Of a DNA stretch of 64,000 bases, positions 37,901-48,450 are shown piece after piece. The notes under the pieces are model-generated. The model searched no databases and was not told where the DNA came from. It saw only the letters and a list, made by a program, of their open reading frames with translations. The stretch's first letter is position 1. Each line of letters opens with the position of its first letter. Made by a program: the position numbers and the translations under genes. The stretch lies in the IMG/VR virus record IMGVR_UViG_3300025413_001239; one strand, written 5' to 3'. This DNA comes from a virus. Lineage: Duplodnaviria; Caudoviricetes.

Positions 37901-40302
37901 ACTTTGTAAATGATACTACTGTTAGATTAGAGGGTTCGAGTAGTATAGTTTCTGAGTATTTTACAAATGGAACTATTTCTGGAATAGGTACAAGAACTGC
38001 TAATCAATTTACTCTTTTTTCTAATAATGCAACTAGATTAATTGTAGATTCTACTGGTCTTATTAGTTTAGGTAGTGTAAACCCAACGCATACCTTAACA
38101 TTTCCTTCAACATCAACAGGTACTGCTTATTATAATACCTCAGACCAAACAACTAACTATGAAAGAACTAGAATGTATTGGTCTGGAAATACTTTTTATA
38201 TAAGTGCAGAACAAGCTGGTACTGGAACAAGTAGAACTATAAATTTTATTCAAAATACTCAAACTAAGCTTTCAATAGGTTCAACACAAGTAATTGGTGC
38301 TTTAAATATTGGGTTTACCTCAGCAATTGCTGGTTCAATATTAGGTTTAACACCATCACTAACTGTTTCTAGTGGTATTCAAAGTTCATTAGCTATTATA
38401 CCAACAGTAAATCAAAGTAGTACTGGTGGTTCTAAGGGTATATGGATATCACCTTATTTACAAACTACTGGTAGTGGTGGTAACTATTTGATAGATGCTG
38501 GTATAAATAGTGCTGCCAGTGGTGGTGGTACACATACCGCTAAATTTACGGTTGATACTTCTGGTAATGGTGTTTTTTCTGGTTCATTAACTGCAACTAC
38601 TATTAATGCAACTACCAAACTTTTAGTAGGAACTAATGTTGATAATGGTTATATATTACAGTCTAATGGAACTAGTTGGTTAAATGGTAACACAGTAATA
38701 AATGGGACCGCTGCAATTAGTAGTACAATAACACAACCAGTATCGGCTGGTACACAAATGTATCATACTACAATAACACCACAATTAAATTATACATCTA
38801 CTGGTCAAACTAATACAGCATTTAGATTATTACCAACATTTTCTGGTGCAACTGGATTAACACCAATAAATATAATTGCAGATATTGGTGCAAGTGGTGT
38901 TGGTTCTCAATTAGTTATAACTGATGCAACAACTGGTTCAACATTCTTAGTGAATGATATATCTGGTTTACCAATAGCTGAAGCAACATCAACTTGGGAT
39001 TTTAATCTGTATAATTATCCAACAAAGGTTTTTCAAAAAACTGGAACGAATATTAATATAAATGGAGCATTAAATACAACTGGTTCAACAAAAACAACAG
39101 CTGGTTTTTATTCTACAAGTGCTTATACTAGTTCGTTTACTCGTAGTATTGTGATGGATTATGTTACTGGTAATGGTAGAATATCCGTTAGTACAGGAGA
39201 TACTATAACATTTTATAATGGTGGTGTTGCAACAACATCATTAATGACTATATCAAGTGGTGGTACTGTTAGTGCAAATGCATTTTCCGCAACAACATCT
39301 TTTTCAAGTGTTGGAACTTATGGTACAGCGACTGTAAATGCTGGTAATACTAATGGTATGATTACTTTTGCTGGGTCAGGTACTATTGGTGGAACTGGTT
39401 ATACCGATTTTATTAAAGTAACAAATACCTCAGCAGGAGCGACAACACCATCTAAAACATTTAGAATTAATAATAATGGTGGTTTTGAAATACTTAATAA
39501 TGCTTACACTGCATCAACATTAACTCTTTCAGATAACGGTATATTATATGTTGGTGGTGGTAATACTTCAACTAGTTCTAATACAGATGGTACATCAAAT
39601 TACTTATCATTTAATCTAAATAATTCACAAATTTATGATGATGGTAACATCCACATACATTCAAGGGGTTCAGGTCAATCCATGTGGATTAATACCAATG
39701 GTGGACAATTAATGTTATTAAATCAAGCACCTTTAAATAATGCTGCTTCTGGTACAGGTGTGATAATTGGTAGTGGTACAACAACATTAACTGGATTTGT
39801 AACTATAAATGGTTCTAAGAATCAAACGGTAACAAATTATGGATATTTATCACAAGGTGGTGCTGGGCAAATTCCAGGTGGTTCTGGTTCAGTTCCGTAT
39901 GGTCTATCAGCTGTTGGTCGTATCCAATGTCCAGAGTTTGATGCAACGTCAGATGAAAGATTAAAAGATATACAAGGTGAGATAAATATACAAGATGCTA
40001 TTAATTTAGTTAAGGATATTAAACCAATTAAATTTACTTGGAAAGATAGTATCGATAAAGGCCTTAAGGCTGGTTATTCAGCTCAACAAGTTGCAAAAGT
40101 TGGATTTGGTCATTTAATAAGTCAAATACCTAATGAAAACTTAACGGAAACAATTGATGATGATGGATTTATGAGCCCAGATAAAGTTCAATTAACAATG
40201 AATTATGACCAAGTTACACCTTATCATGGTACAGTATTGAAGTATCTATTAGAAAAGATAGAATTGTTAGAGAAAGAAATACAAGACCTTAAAAATAAAT
40301 AA
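34903..40302 (+). CDS. Long tail fibre/spike with C-terminal intramolecular chaperone (peptidase S74-like)
   Basis: 1799 aa; 36-aa shaft repeats; SDERLKDI...GYSAQQV...LLEKIELLEKEI terminus. Confidence 0.85.
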   Translation: MGYNINENKTNIVPFQSGKGIPTHISPLGSVYIDNTTGVQYINKDGLAGWAFFYDSTIPISGGTGGGGAYVPLSGGTMSGTLYAPTFSGGTFYGDGSHLTGVGGTFNGGTVTGSTIFTSGLTANTISATTYQNLPATPYLNLSGGTVTGNTVFTSGLTANTISATTYLNLPATPYLNLSGGTVSGNTVFLSGLTANTISATTYQNLPATPYLNLSGGTVSGNTVFLSGLTANTISATTYQNLPATPYLNLSGGTVSGNTVFLSGLTANTISANTITANALSPVGYIDFNTGTTVTPKGGRLFYNSQFDGPSYYPTNDTNVLINLGQQLYMSVINVSGSLIPKGSAVSVLGNTNGVPNITLAVNVHTGNSYLVGLAADDIPNGNFGFVLNEGILSGLTLNNFKIGDTLYLSPFSAGTYTNSTLSFPYTARTNQIGYVLKTGSTTGEIYVKIYNEDTNSTLTTLERNIVDGNSMATGIYQFTGITQTSSTTFNIAPALGWVVNNTYEKATLPDVTEISYSGGTNLTTPYLTIADNTYVLITTASTITFQPTYPTPQQRRQNLFLGKIIHTNRSSIISINQTVDFDVSPMAALRDLWTPLVLINQGIVPSAYSAGTLSIQTSYGTLWGNGIGWTTNQLNPNSVTLSTTTPTTFQYRTQLGAVTGNTAPYTGNTIYIDPLHYDYNGVVTNIPSSHGNTIYATNQRIYLFPTGLVRIQYGQQYYTTFASAIAGYSNESFQVYSNNATNGILIGILTVVRETTDLTNTSYALFSYVSKFGELLGGTAGISTTTLQQAYNNSSSPEIVINSTLDGLTIQNGTGNPDNTTHLLEGMNASGQVTSFIKADGGFSGSSVSATTYYGLPLDIRTTGATYLNNTFTFTNNTGGTYSVLFNTLTGLTVNGILSATTISGGTFYGNGSGLTLTNSQIISGLTYTPYNGATNPNGYISGITSVITGTGVNNTVAFFNNTNSLSGTTGLTYNGNLGLGTNNPLASTTTRKAFVISDFVNDTTVRLEGSSSIVSEYFTNGTISGIGTRTANQFTLFSNNATRLIVDSTGLISLGSVNPTHTLTFPSTSTGTAYYNTSDQTTNYERTRMYWSGNTFYISAEQAGTGTSRTINFIQNTQTKLSIGSTQVIGALNIGFTSAIAGSILGLTPSLTVSSGIQSSLAIIPTVNQSSTGGSKGIWISPYLQTTGSGGNYLIDAGINSAASGGGTHTAKFTVDTSGNGVFSGSLTATTINATTKLLVGTNVDNGYILQSNGTSWLNGNTVINGTAAISSTITQPVSAGTQMYHTTITPQLNYTSTGQTNTAFRLLPTFSGATGLTPINIIADIGASGVGSQLVITDATTGSTFLVNDISGLPIAEATSTWDFNLYNYPTKVFQKTGTNININGALNTTGSTKTTAGFYSTSAYTSSFTRSIVMDYVTGNGRISVSTGDTITFYNGGVATTSLMTISSGGTVSANAFSATTSFSSVGTYGTATVNAGNTNGMITFAGSGTIGGTGYTDFIKVTNTSAGATTPSKTFRINNNGGFEILNNAYTASTLTLSDNGILYVGGGNTSTSSNTDGTSNYLSFNLNNSQIYDDGNIHIHSRGSGQSMWINTNGGQLMLLNQAPLNNAASGTGVIIGSGTTTLTGFVTINGSKNQTVTNYGYLSQGGAGQIPGGSGSVPYGLSAVGRIQCPEFDATSDERLKDIQGEINIQDAINLVKDIKPIKFTWKDSIDKGLKAGYSAQQVAKVGFGHLISQIPNENLTETIDDDGFMSPDKVQLTMNYDQVTPYHGTVLKYLLEKIELLEKEIQDLKNK
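35224..35720 (+). repeat. About 4.6 tandem in-frame 108-bp repeats (GGTV.GNTVF.SGLTANTISATTYQNLPATPYLNLS)
   Basis: Read directly; near-identical copies also at about 46474-46740. Confidence 0.9.
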
Positions 40303-40303
40303 T

Positions 40304-41017
40304 ATGTCAGTAAACATAAGTCAATCATTTTTTGGAACACCACCAATTATAACAAATGGGTTAGCCTTATATTTAGATGCTGGAAATCTTGTATCATACC
40401 CACAAGGTGGTTCAATATGGTCTGATTTGAGTGGAAATGCGAATAACGCTACATTATTTAATTCACCAACATTTACATCAGTTGGTAATATTGGTAACTT
40501 CACCTTTAATGGAACGAGCCAATATTGTACTTCAGTAAGTCAACCAATAACTAATAACTCTTCTTTTACAATAGCTGCTTGGATATACTTACCTACTTTA
40601 CCTAACAATTATTCTGTAATTATAGATGGTGGTAATATTGGGGTTGGTAACATTGGTTATGGACTTGGGTTGGATACTAGTAATCGAGTTTTTATTGCAG
40701 CTAATACGGGTTATTATAACGGCCCAGCAATTTCTAGCTCTAAATGGTATTTTATAACCGCAACAGCTACTTATGGTTCACCTTATGTATTTAATATGTA
40801 TTATAATGGGGTATTGCAAGCTAATGCTGGCGCAGCATCTACTAGTAGTTTAAGTAATATAAGTTCAAGTGTATATATTGCTAAAGGTACCTCAGTATCT
40901 TTTCCGTATTATTTTAAAGGAATATTTAGTCAAGCACTAATTTATAATAGAGCATTAACAGCACAAGAAGTATTACAAAATTATAATGCATTAAAGGGAA
41001 GATTTGGATTAAACTAA
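40304..41017 (+). CDS. LamG/concanavalin-A-like virion protein, paralog 1
   Basis: GL.LYLDAGN..SYP..GS.WSDLSGN, YNRALT.QE..QNYNALKGRFGL. Confidence 0.82.
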   Translation: MSVNISQSFFGTPPIITNGLALYLDAGNLVSYPQGGSIWSDLSGNANNATLFNSPTFTSVGNIGNFTFNGTSQYCTSVSQPITNNSSFTIAAWIYLPTLPNNYSVIIDGGNIGVGNIGYGLGLDTSNRVFIAANTGYYNGPAISSSKWYFITATATYGSPYVFNMYYNGVLQANAGAASTSSLSNISSSVYIAKGTSVSFPYYFKGIFSQALIYNRALTAQEVLQNYNALKGRFGLN

Positions 41018-41022
41018 TATAT

Positions 41023-41733
41023 ATGGGATTACCAATAGTTACAAATGGATTAATATTATGTTTGGATGCTGGAAATATTAAGTCATATTCACAATCGGGT
41101 TCAACATGGTCTGATTTAAGTGGAAATGCTAATAATACCACTCTTCTTAATTCACCAACATTTAGTAGTAATAATAGTGGATATTTTACATTTAATGGTA
41201 CAAACCAATCAGCTAATAGTGTCAGTACAATAAACTTATCATCAACAAACGCAATTAGTATTTCTTTATGGTTTAAAGTTTCTGGAACTTCTTTATATGT
41301 TTTAAGTGAATTTGGTACAAATATAAATACAAATGCAAATTCATTTCTTTTTGACATAAATGAAGTAGCTACTGGTAAAATTTCATTTGCTGATGTTCTT
41401 GGTGTTGGTTCATCATATAATCAAGTTCAAACAGTTAATACATATAATGATAATAAGTGGCATAATGTGTGTCTTGTATCAAATAGAGCTTTAAATACTA
41501 GTAATCACAATTTTATTTATGTTGATGGAATTTTAGATACAGTTCAAGGTTCACTTAATAATGCCAATAATTCAAATTATGGTAATTATACTATGTATTT
41601 TTTTTCTAGGGCTAATACTAGTTATTTTATAAGTGGTAATTCATCTAATTACTTACTATATAATAGAGCATTAACACTACAAGAAATTGAACAGAATTAT
41701 AACTCTTTAAAATCAAGATACGGATTAAATTAA
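41023..41733 (+). CDS. LamG-like virion protein, paralog 2
   Basis: Same N- and C-terminal motifs; WHNVCLV core. Confidence 0.82.
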   Translation: MGLPIVTNGLILCLDAGNIKSYSQSGSTWSDLSGNANNTTLLNSPTFSSNNSGYFTFNGTNQSANSVSTINLSSTNAISISLWFKVSGTSLYVLSEFGTNINTNANSFLFDINEVATGKISFADVLGVGSSYNQVQTVNTYNDNKWHNVCLVSNRALNTSNHNFIYVDGILDTVQGSLNNANNSNYGNYTMYFFSRANTSYFISGNSSNYLLYNRALTLQEIEQNYNSLKSRYGLN

Positions 41734-41740
41734 TTAGAAT

Positions 41741-42424
41741 ATGGCTTCATCAATATTTAACCCATCAATAGTAATAAATGGTTTAGTGTTACTTTTAGAC
41801 TCAGGAAATGTAATATCATATCCACAAACTGGTTCAACTTGGACTGATTTGAGTGGAAATGGTAATAGTGGTACTTTATTTAATTCACCAACTTTTACAT
41901 CTGGTTATTTTACTTTTAATGGGTCAAATCAATATGTTTCTTTTGGTAAGCAATTAATTAGTAATTTAAGTAGTTCAACTGTAAGTATTTGGGTAAAAGT
42001 TTCTAGTGGTGGGGCAATGTATTGTGAGAGAGATTCAAGTGGTAATGACATATTTAAGATTGATAATGGTAGTTCTTTTGATGGTTACACAATAGGTTTT
42101 GTACAGCGTAATGACGCAGGTAATTTAACACAAGTAAAAACTAGCACTTCAATAAGAAGTGGAAATTGGACAAATATATGTGTTACAAACAATTGTAATG
42201 CAATTACAATATATCTCAATGGAGTATTATCTACAACAGGTAGTATTACAAATAGTACGTTAACAAATAGTGGTATTGATGCTAGATTAGGTGCTGATAA
42301 GGGAGATGGTACACAATATTATAGTGGTAATATTTCATCATGTTTATTATATAATAGAGCATTAACAGCACAAGAAACACAACAAAATTATAACGCATTA
42401 AAGGGAAGATTTGGTTTAAGTTAA
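41741..42424 (+). CDS. LamG-like virion protein, paralog 3
   Basis: Same terminal motifs; WTNICVT...IYLNG core. Confidence 0.82.
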   Translation: MASSIFNPSIVINGLVLLLDSGNVISYPQTGSTWTDLSGNGNSGTLFNSPTFTSGYFTFNGSNQYVSFGKQLISNLSSSTVSIWVKVSSGGAMYCERDSSGNDIFKIDNGSSFDGYTIGFVQRNDAGNLTQVKTSTSIRSGNWTNICVTNNCNAITIYLNGVLSTTGSITNSTLTNSGIDARLGADKGDGTQYYSGNISSCLLYNRALTAQETQQNYNALKGRFGLS

Positions 42425-42448
42425 ACCATGATATTTATAAATAAAAAA

Positions 42449-42703
42449 ATGGCACTAACAGCAAATATTGAACCAGTACAAATTATTTCACAAACTGGTG
42501 TGAAATTATCATGTTATGTGATAAATTATGACTTACAATCACAATCTTGTGATTTATATTGGTGGTTGTCTGATGACAATGGAAACAATATATATAGTGG
42601 TAATTATAGTGTTCCACCAGATGTTTTAGCAAATTGGGGGCATGATGATACGATTATTATACATGCATTAGCTAATGATAAAGGTTTTATTATAATTGAA
42701 TAA
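42449..42703 (+). CDS. Small hypothetical late protein (start reassigned to 42449)
   Basis: GATATTTATAA at 42430-42440 overlaps the track start, so MALTANIEP is the likelier start. Confidence 0.6.
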   Translation: MALTANIEPVQIISQTGVKLSCYVINYDLQSQSCDLYWWLSDDNGNNIYSGNYSVPPDVLANWGHDDTIIIHALANDKGFIIIE

Positions 42704-42729
42704 TTATTTGATATTTATAATAAAAAGAT

Positions 42730-44442
42730 ATGGGTAATATTAAAAACTATGATTTTAGAAGGCTTGATTTAAAATTATCCAATAGTGATTATTGGGATTT
42801 TTATTTGGCTGATGATTATACAACGATTGGTCCAAGTGATTATAATAGTTGTTTAATTATTGATTTTGATTTTAATAACCCAAATATATTCACATCTGGT
42901 GCACCAACAACAATTTCTAGTCTCGCTGCATGGACTGGTGCAACAAATACTGGTTATACACTCACAACAATAGGTTTAACTGGTATTGATAATGGCTTAG
43001 TAACTTTTACAAAAGACCCAACAGACCCAACCAATCAAGCATTATTAGCAGCATTAACAGGTTCAACACTTTATATACCTTCTGGTGATAGTCGTTTACA
43101 CCTAAATATGGTTTCTGGTATGACTGGTGAATATATTTATCCAATCGATATTTTAACTGGTACAACGGGTCAATACGCTAAATTATCTGGTGGTTTCTAT
43201 CAAGGTTATTATAAAATTCATGGTACTAATTACAGAGTTTTACCAGATAAATACGATAATGGATTTACAGCTAAATTTACACTTTATAAAGATGATACAA
43301 CCATTTATGATGGTAATACTTTAAATGATAAGTATCCAAATAATAAAGGGTTTTTCTTTTATATGGGTACTAGAGCTGAAAATAAATTCTGGGATTTATT
43401 TACTGGTGCTGATACTGGTTGTACTAGTGGTTGTACGGTTACATCTGGTTGTACAGATATTTTAAGTCCATGGTGTACAATACCAAAGGAAAATCAAATA
43501 TTCATTCAAGGAACTGTTAATACTGGTGATACAATATCCTTATATCCAGACCAAACAAATAAAGAATATATTACAAATCAATTTTTGATTTATGGTCAGG
43601 CTGGTCCAAATAATTCAAATTTTTATCCATGTTCAACAGGGCCTAGTGGTTTAGGTAATCAAACTGCTTGGTCATATGATGGTAAACCAGTTGTTATTGT
43701 TACCCCTAAAACTGTTGTAACCAACACACAAAATCCATTTTTAATTTATGGACAAGCTGGTCCAAATAATTCAAATTTTTATCCATGTTCAACAGGGCCT
43801 AGTGGGTTTGGTAATCAAACTGCTTGGTCATTTAGTGGATTTACAAAATCTATTGAGTTTGATAACATAGACTATAAATTAGATGTGGTTGATAATGCTG
43901 TTGGTTTTAGAATTAAAGATGATGGTAGTATTGGTTATAGGTTATTAACAGTTACTGGACAATGTTCTGGTGGTACTTATGTTAACGGACAATTAACGGG
44001 TGGTACATATATAACTGGTGTAACAGTACAAGAAGCCTATTCAGATGCTGGTTTGATACCATATCAAACGTGGACTGATATTGTTATTAGATTTACAATG
44101 CCAGATTATTATAATCTTAATCAAATTTATAGTAAAAAAAATAAGACTGGTAATCTTATGTTTTATATTAATGGTAAACTTAAATTTGTTGTAAAGAATT
44201 TTCCAGAATATGTTGGTAAACACTTAAATGACCACATGGAAAAACAAATTGGTGTTCCATTTAATATTAGTCTTGGCGGTGGTTCACAGGGTCTTATTGA
44301 AACGATGACCTTTGATGGGATTGATGCAAGTGATTTGGGTTTAGATATTGAAACTAATTTTGCTGGAAGTTTTATTGGTGGAATATCTGATTTTAAATTT
44401 TTTAATTGTGATTTAAGTTATGTTGACATTCAATATTTATAA
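42730..44442 (+). CDS. Virion structural protein with an internal duplication and lectin-like C-terminus
   Basis: 570 aa; WTDIVIRF...FYINGKLKF; late motif at 42710-42720. Confidence 0.6.
   Translation: MGNIKNYDFRRLDLKLSNSDYWDFYLADDYTTIGPSDYNSCLIIDFDFNNPNIFTSGAPTTISSLAAWTGATNTGYTLTTIGLTGIDNGLVTFTKDPTDPTNQALLAALTGSTLYIPSGDSRLHLNMVSGMTGEYIYPIDILTGTTGQYAKLSGGFYQGYYKIHGTNYRVLPDKYDNGFTAKFTLYKDDTTIYDGNTLNDKYPNNKGFFFYMGTRAENKFWDLFTGADTGCTSGCTVTSGCTDILSPWCTIPKENQIFIQGTVNTGDTISLYPDQTNKEYITNQFLIYGQAGPNNSNFYPCSTGPSGLGNQTAWSYDGKPVVIVTPKTVVTNTQNPFLIYGQAGPNNSNFYPCSTGPSGFGNQTAWSFSGFTKSIEFDNIDYKLDVVDNAVGFRIKDDGSIGYRLLTVTGQCSGGTYVNGQLTGGTYITGVTVQEAYSDAGLIPYQTWTDIVIRFTMPDYYNLNQIYSKKNKTGNLMFYINGKLKFVVKNFPEYVGKHLNDHMEKQIGVPFNISLGGGSQGLIETMTFDGIDASDLGLDIETNFAGSFIGGISDFKFFNCDLSYVDIQYL
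43582..43830 (+). repeat. Two 93-bp in-frame copies (43582-43674, 43738-43830), 5 differences
   Basis: FLIYGQAGPNNSNFYPCSTGPSG[LF]GNQTAWS twice. Confidence 0.9.
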
Positions 44443-44494
44443 ATTAAATTAGGATTAAGAGTATATTTATATAAAAAGTATTTAATTTAAAAAT

Positions 44495-46189
44495 ATGTCA
44501 GACAGTTTAATATTAAGGACATCGATAAGTCCATATGGTGATACCACTAAGGGTAGTGTTTTATCTGCACAAGAACTTGATGGAAATTTAATTACGTTAA
44601 AGGGTGGTCAGGTTAGCTCTATGAGTCTTACCAATAATGTTCTAATGCTTAATCAATTAAATGGTAACGTTTTAGATATTAATTTAAGCTCAATTGTTGC
44701 TGATAGTAAATCTGGTATTAATGGAATGGTTTTCGATAATTCCAATTATAATTTATCAATTTATAGGAATGATGGTGTAACTTTTACACAAAGTTTAGCT
44801 ATTTTAGCAACCGATATGACTATTACTGGTGGTACATTTGATAGTGGTACTGGAACAGCAACCTTTACGAATAATAAGGGTGGTTCATTTCAAGTAACTG
44901 GATTTGTTACTGGTTATACTGATACTCATATTACTGGTGTAACATTTGATAATTCAAATTATATACTTACATTAGGTGATAACGCTGGTGAAATATTTAA
45001 CACAAATTTATCTATTTTAGCAACAGATATAACCGTTACTGGTGGTACGTATAATACAACTACTGGGATAGTAACTTTTACAAATAATAAAAATGGTTCA
45101 TTTCAAGTTAGTGGTTTTACCGTTGGGTATACAGATTTATATGTTAGTGGTGGAACATTTTCAAATGATACATTATATTTAAACAGAACAGATGGTGTTA
45201 ATGAACAAGTTACTGGGTTAAGTGAAAATATTCTATATAATACAAAAATTCCTTCAGGTACAACGGTTGGTTATAGTGTTGGTGGGATTAGTGGTGGAAC
45301 ATTAGTTAACAGCTTAACTGGACAAACAATAATTAATATTTTAGATAATATTTTATTCCCAACAATAAATCCTAATGTACAAACAAATCCGTCATCATCT
45401 TTAGGTGTTACTGTAACACCATCGGCTGGTGGTCAATATTTATATTTATTAAGTAATAACACTTATTTATTTTTAGTTTCTGGTGCAACAACATTTAATA
45501 TATATTTAACTGATAGTTATAATGCTGGTTCAGTTTATTTAAATGGAACACTTCAAGGAGCTGCTGGTGGTAATGCTAATGTATATACCTTTTATGTACC
45601 TAACTCAACATCACCAGTTACCATAGGTTCATCCAATTATAATTATATCCTTACACCAACAATAGGTCAATTAACGTCATTTGGTGTCACAACAACTTAT
45701 GACGTTGGTCCATCATATAAAGATAGTCGTGGTAATAATGTTGGTAGTCTTGTTCCAGCTGGTAAAACACCAAAAGCATCAAGTAATGTTGAAGGGGTTT
45801 ATCCATTATATGCTACAGTTTATAATGGTAATATTAGTGCTATTAGTGCTTTTACACAATTACCATTATTATCAATGGTGAACCCACCATCAACTCAACC
45901 TAATGGTACCCAATCTACAAATGGTGCATTTGCAATAAGTTTTGCGTCTGAAGTTAATCCAAATGGCGGTGCTTGGTTAGGATATAAACAAAAAATAATA
46001 ATACCAACTGGTATAACAAAAACATTAAATATTATTAAATACACAAATAATGTTGGAAATAATGAAACTAATTCTTGGCCAAGGACCACAATAACATATA
46101 ATGGGTTAGGTTATTATCAATATGTATATAATGGTAGTAATAGAGGTGCAACTAATGGTGGAAATCAAACGTATATTTACTTTACATAA
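44495..46189 (+). CDS. Virion fibre/baseplate-associated protein
   Basis: KGSVLSAQELDGN N-terminus; repeated ILATD.T.TGGT...TFTNNK.GSFQV.GF modules. Confidence 0.6.
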   Translation: MSDSLILRTSISPYGDTTKGSVLSAQELDGNLITLKGGQVSSMSLTNNVLMLNQLNGNVLDINLSSIVADSKSGINGMVFDNSNYNLSIYRNDGVTFTQSLAILATDMTITGGTFDSGTGTATFTNNKGGSFQVTGFVTGYTDTHITGVTFDNSNYILTLGDNAGEIFNTNLSILATDITVTGGTYNTTTGIVTFTNNKNGSFQVSGFTVGYTDLYVSGGTFSNDTLYLNRTDGVNEQVTGLSENILYNTKIPSGTTVGYSVGGISGGTLVNSLTGQTIINILDNILFPTINPNVQTNPSSSLGVTVTPSAGGQYLYLLSNNTYLFLVSGATTFNIYLTDSYNAGSVYLNGTLQGAAGGNANVYTFYVPNSTSPVTIGSSNYNYILTPTIGQLTSFGVTTTYDVGPSYKDSRGNNVGSLVPAGKTPKASSNVEGVYPLYATVYNGNISAISAFTQLPLLSMVNPPSTQPNGTQSTNGAFAISFASEVNPNGGAWLGYKQKIIIPTGITKTLNIIKYTNNVGNNETNSWPRTTITYNGLGYYQYVYNGSNRGATNGGNQTYIYFT

Positions 46190-46200
46190 AAAAATAAAAA

Positions 46201-48444
46201 ATGAGAATAACTGGAGATACAATACTAGCTTCTTCATACGAAGTACAAAAATCAACACCATTAGATACTAGACAATGGGTTCAAAATTTATCAGATTTAA
46301 CTGGTGTGACATTTGGTTCATATTATAGTGGTATGACCGTTTCAGTTTATGGTGATACAGCATCAACAGCTAATAATGGTGTATATTATTTTAATGGCCA
46401 AAATCAAACTAGTTTAAGTAGTTGGGTTAAATTAATTGATACAACCGTAATTGGAAATTACTTGACACTATCTGGTGGAACTGTAAGTGGTAATACTGTA
46501 TTTTTAAGTGGTCTTACCGCAACAACAATATCCGCTACAACATATCAGAATCTACCAGCAACACCATACTTGAATTTATCTGGTGGAACTGTTACTGGTG
46601 CAACGAAATTTACTAGTGGACTTACAGCAAATACAATATCCGCTACAACATATCAGAATCTACCAGCAACACCATACTTACCTCTATCTGGTGGAACTGT
46701 TACTGGTAATACCGTATTTACTAGTGGACTTACCGCAACTACGTTAAACGTGGGTCAAATATTTAGTGTTAATAGTAATGGTAATGTTGGGTTTGGTACT
46801 AACATTTCAGGTGGTACAACTAATGGAATGTGGTATGATGCTACAAATAAAGCATTAAATATTAATAACCAAACACCTCAAAGTACATATAATTTAGAGG
46901 TTAATGGTACAATTAGAAGTAATAATGGTATTTTTCTTGGTCAATACTCAGCTCCAAGCTTAAGTGCAACAACTGGTACATCGGGTACATTAACAGCTGG
47001 TACTTATTATTATATTGTCACAACTGTAGATAACTATGGTAATTCGACAAATGGTAGTAATGAGGTATCAGCAACATTACCAATTGGTACCACAAATGGT
47101 AGTATTTATTTAACTTGGAATCTTATCTCAGGGGCTTCATCATATAATCTTTATAGGTCTACTGGTGGTACAAAAAATGAAAACCAATACATTAATGTAT
47201 CATCATCAATAGGTGCATCAAGTGTTCCAACAACTGTCTCATATACTGATAAAAACTACACTGGTTATACAAATGGTACTGTTCCAGCATTTAATGCATC
47301 GGCTCAAATAGCCATACAACCAAGTGCTGGTAGAACAATTACATCTGGTGGTGCATTATTTGTTGGTGATGGAAACAATTATTTAAGTGATGTGGTATTA
47401 ACATTAAATCCATCATTTAGTGTTGCTGGTCCTTCGTCATCTGGTTCGACACCTAGTAATAGACTTATAGTTAAGGGTTTAAGTTGGAACTCAACATATG
47501 GTGCTACACCAAGCGTTGGTTTTTTACAAATGAACAATGTTTTAAATAATAACAACCCAACGATTGATAAGCTTTCATTTAGTGTTGGTTCGGCTACTCA
47601 ATCAAATTATAATGGTTCAACACTTAATGGTGTTGAGAGATTCAACATACAGACTGACGGTTCATTTAACCATTATCTTTCAAATAAATTTAATGTATCC
47701 CAATCATTGACTGGAAATGGAAACATAAATTTATATAGTGGTTCAACAACTGTTTATGGGAATGTAACTAACTTTTTAACCCAATTTAATATAGGTGATA
47801 CGTTTACTGCTGGAACTAATGTTTATACTGTAACAGCTATTACCAGTGATTCACAATTAAGTATAAGTCCAGCATTTTCTGGAACTTTGACATCTAACCA
47901 AATAACTATTCTATTATATAGTGGTGCTTCTTCTGGTGTTACATATTATGGGGATGTTAGTAAATGGGCGTTTGCACCTAATACACAAATTACAATAAGT
48001 GGTTCGGTATATACTGTGATATCATCTGCCGCTGGTACATTTTATTTAGGTACAAACTTTACTGGTACAACTAGTGCTTATACATATACAACATATAATA
48101 CTTATAATACACCATATTATTTAAATGGTGGTACTAAATTTAATGTTAACGCTAATGGTCAAACAACTATTAATGGTAAATTAAGTATTCTTTCTGGTGT
48201 TACTGGAAGTAGTGCTTCTGTGGGTACTGCTAAATTTACTTCTGGTGTTGTGACTTTAACTAATACATGTATAACATCAAATTCTAAAGTGTTCTTAACC
48301 GTTACCGCACCTTCTGGTAATATTGGTATACCAACAAGAAGTGGTACAACAACCAATTCTATGCAAATTGTTAGTTTATCAGCTGGTACAACAGCCGTTC
48401 AAACTGGTGATAATAGTACATTTGATTATTGGATTATAAATTAA
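46201..48444 (+). CDS. Tail fibre-like protein sharing the 36-aa repeats of 34903-40302
   Basis: TISATTYQNLPATPYL repeats; FN3-like GTYYYIVTTVD...LTWN...YNLYRS segment. Confidence 0.7.
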   Translation: MRITGDTILASSYEVQKSTPLDTRQWVQNLSDLTGVTFGSYYSGMTVSVYGDTASTANNGVYYFNGQNQTSLSSWVKLIDTTVIGNYLTLSGGTVSGNTVFLSGLTATTISATTYQNLPATPYLNLSGGTVTGATKFTSGLTANTISATTYQNLPATPYLPLSGGTVTGNTVFTSGLTATTLNVGQIFSVNSNGNVGFGTNISGGTTNGMWYDATNKALNINNQTPQSTYNLEVNGTIRSNNGIFLGQYSAPSLSATTGTSGTLTAGTYYYIVTTVDNYGNSTNGSNEVSATLPIGTTNGSIYLTWNLISGASSYNLYRSTGGTKNENQYINVSSSIGASSVPTTVSYTDKNYTGYTNGTVPAFNASAQIAIQPSAGRTITSGGALFVGDGNNYLSDVVLTLNPSFSVAGPSSSGSTPSNRLIVKGLSWNSTYGATPSVGFLQMNNVLNNNNPTIDKLSFSVGSATQSNYNGSTLNGVERFNIQTDGSFNHYLSNKFNVSQSLTGNGNINLYSGSTTVYGNVTNFLTQFNIGDTFTAGTNVYTVTAITSDSQLSISPAFSGTLTSNQITILLYSGASSGVTYYGDVSKWAFAPNTQITISGSVYTVISSAAGTFYLGTNFTGTTSAYTYTTYNTYNTPYYLNGGTKFNVNANGQTTINGKLSILSGVTGSSASVGTAKFTSGVVTLTNTCITSNSKVFLTVTAPSGNIGIPTRSGTTTNSMQIVSLSAGTTAVQTGDNSTFDYWIIN

Positions 48445-48450
48445 AAATAT

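Noticed and set aside
43582-43830. DGR template/variable repeat pair
   Set aside because: Both copies are in frame in one gene, the 5 differences are not adenine-restricted, and there is no reverse transcriptase in the window.
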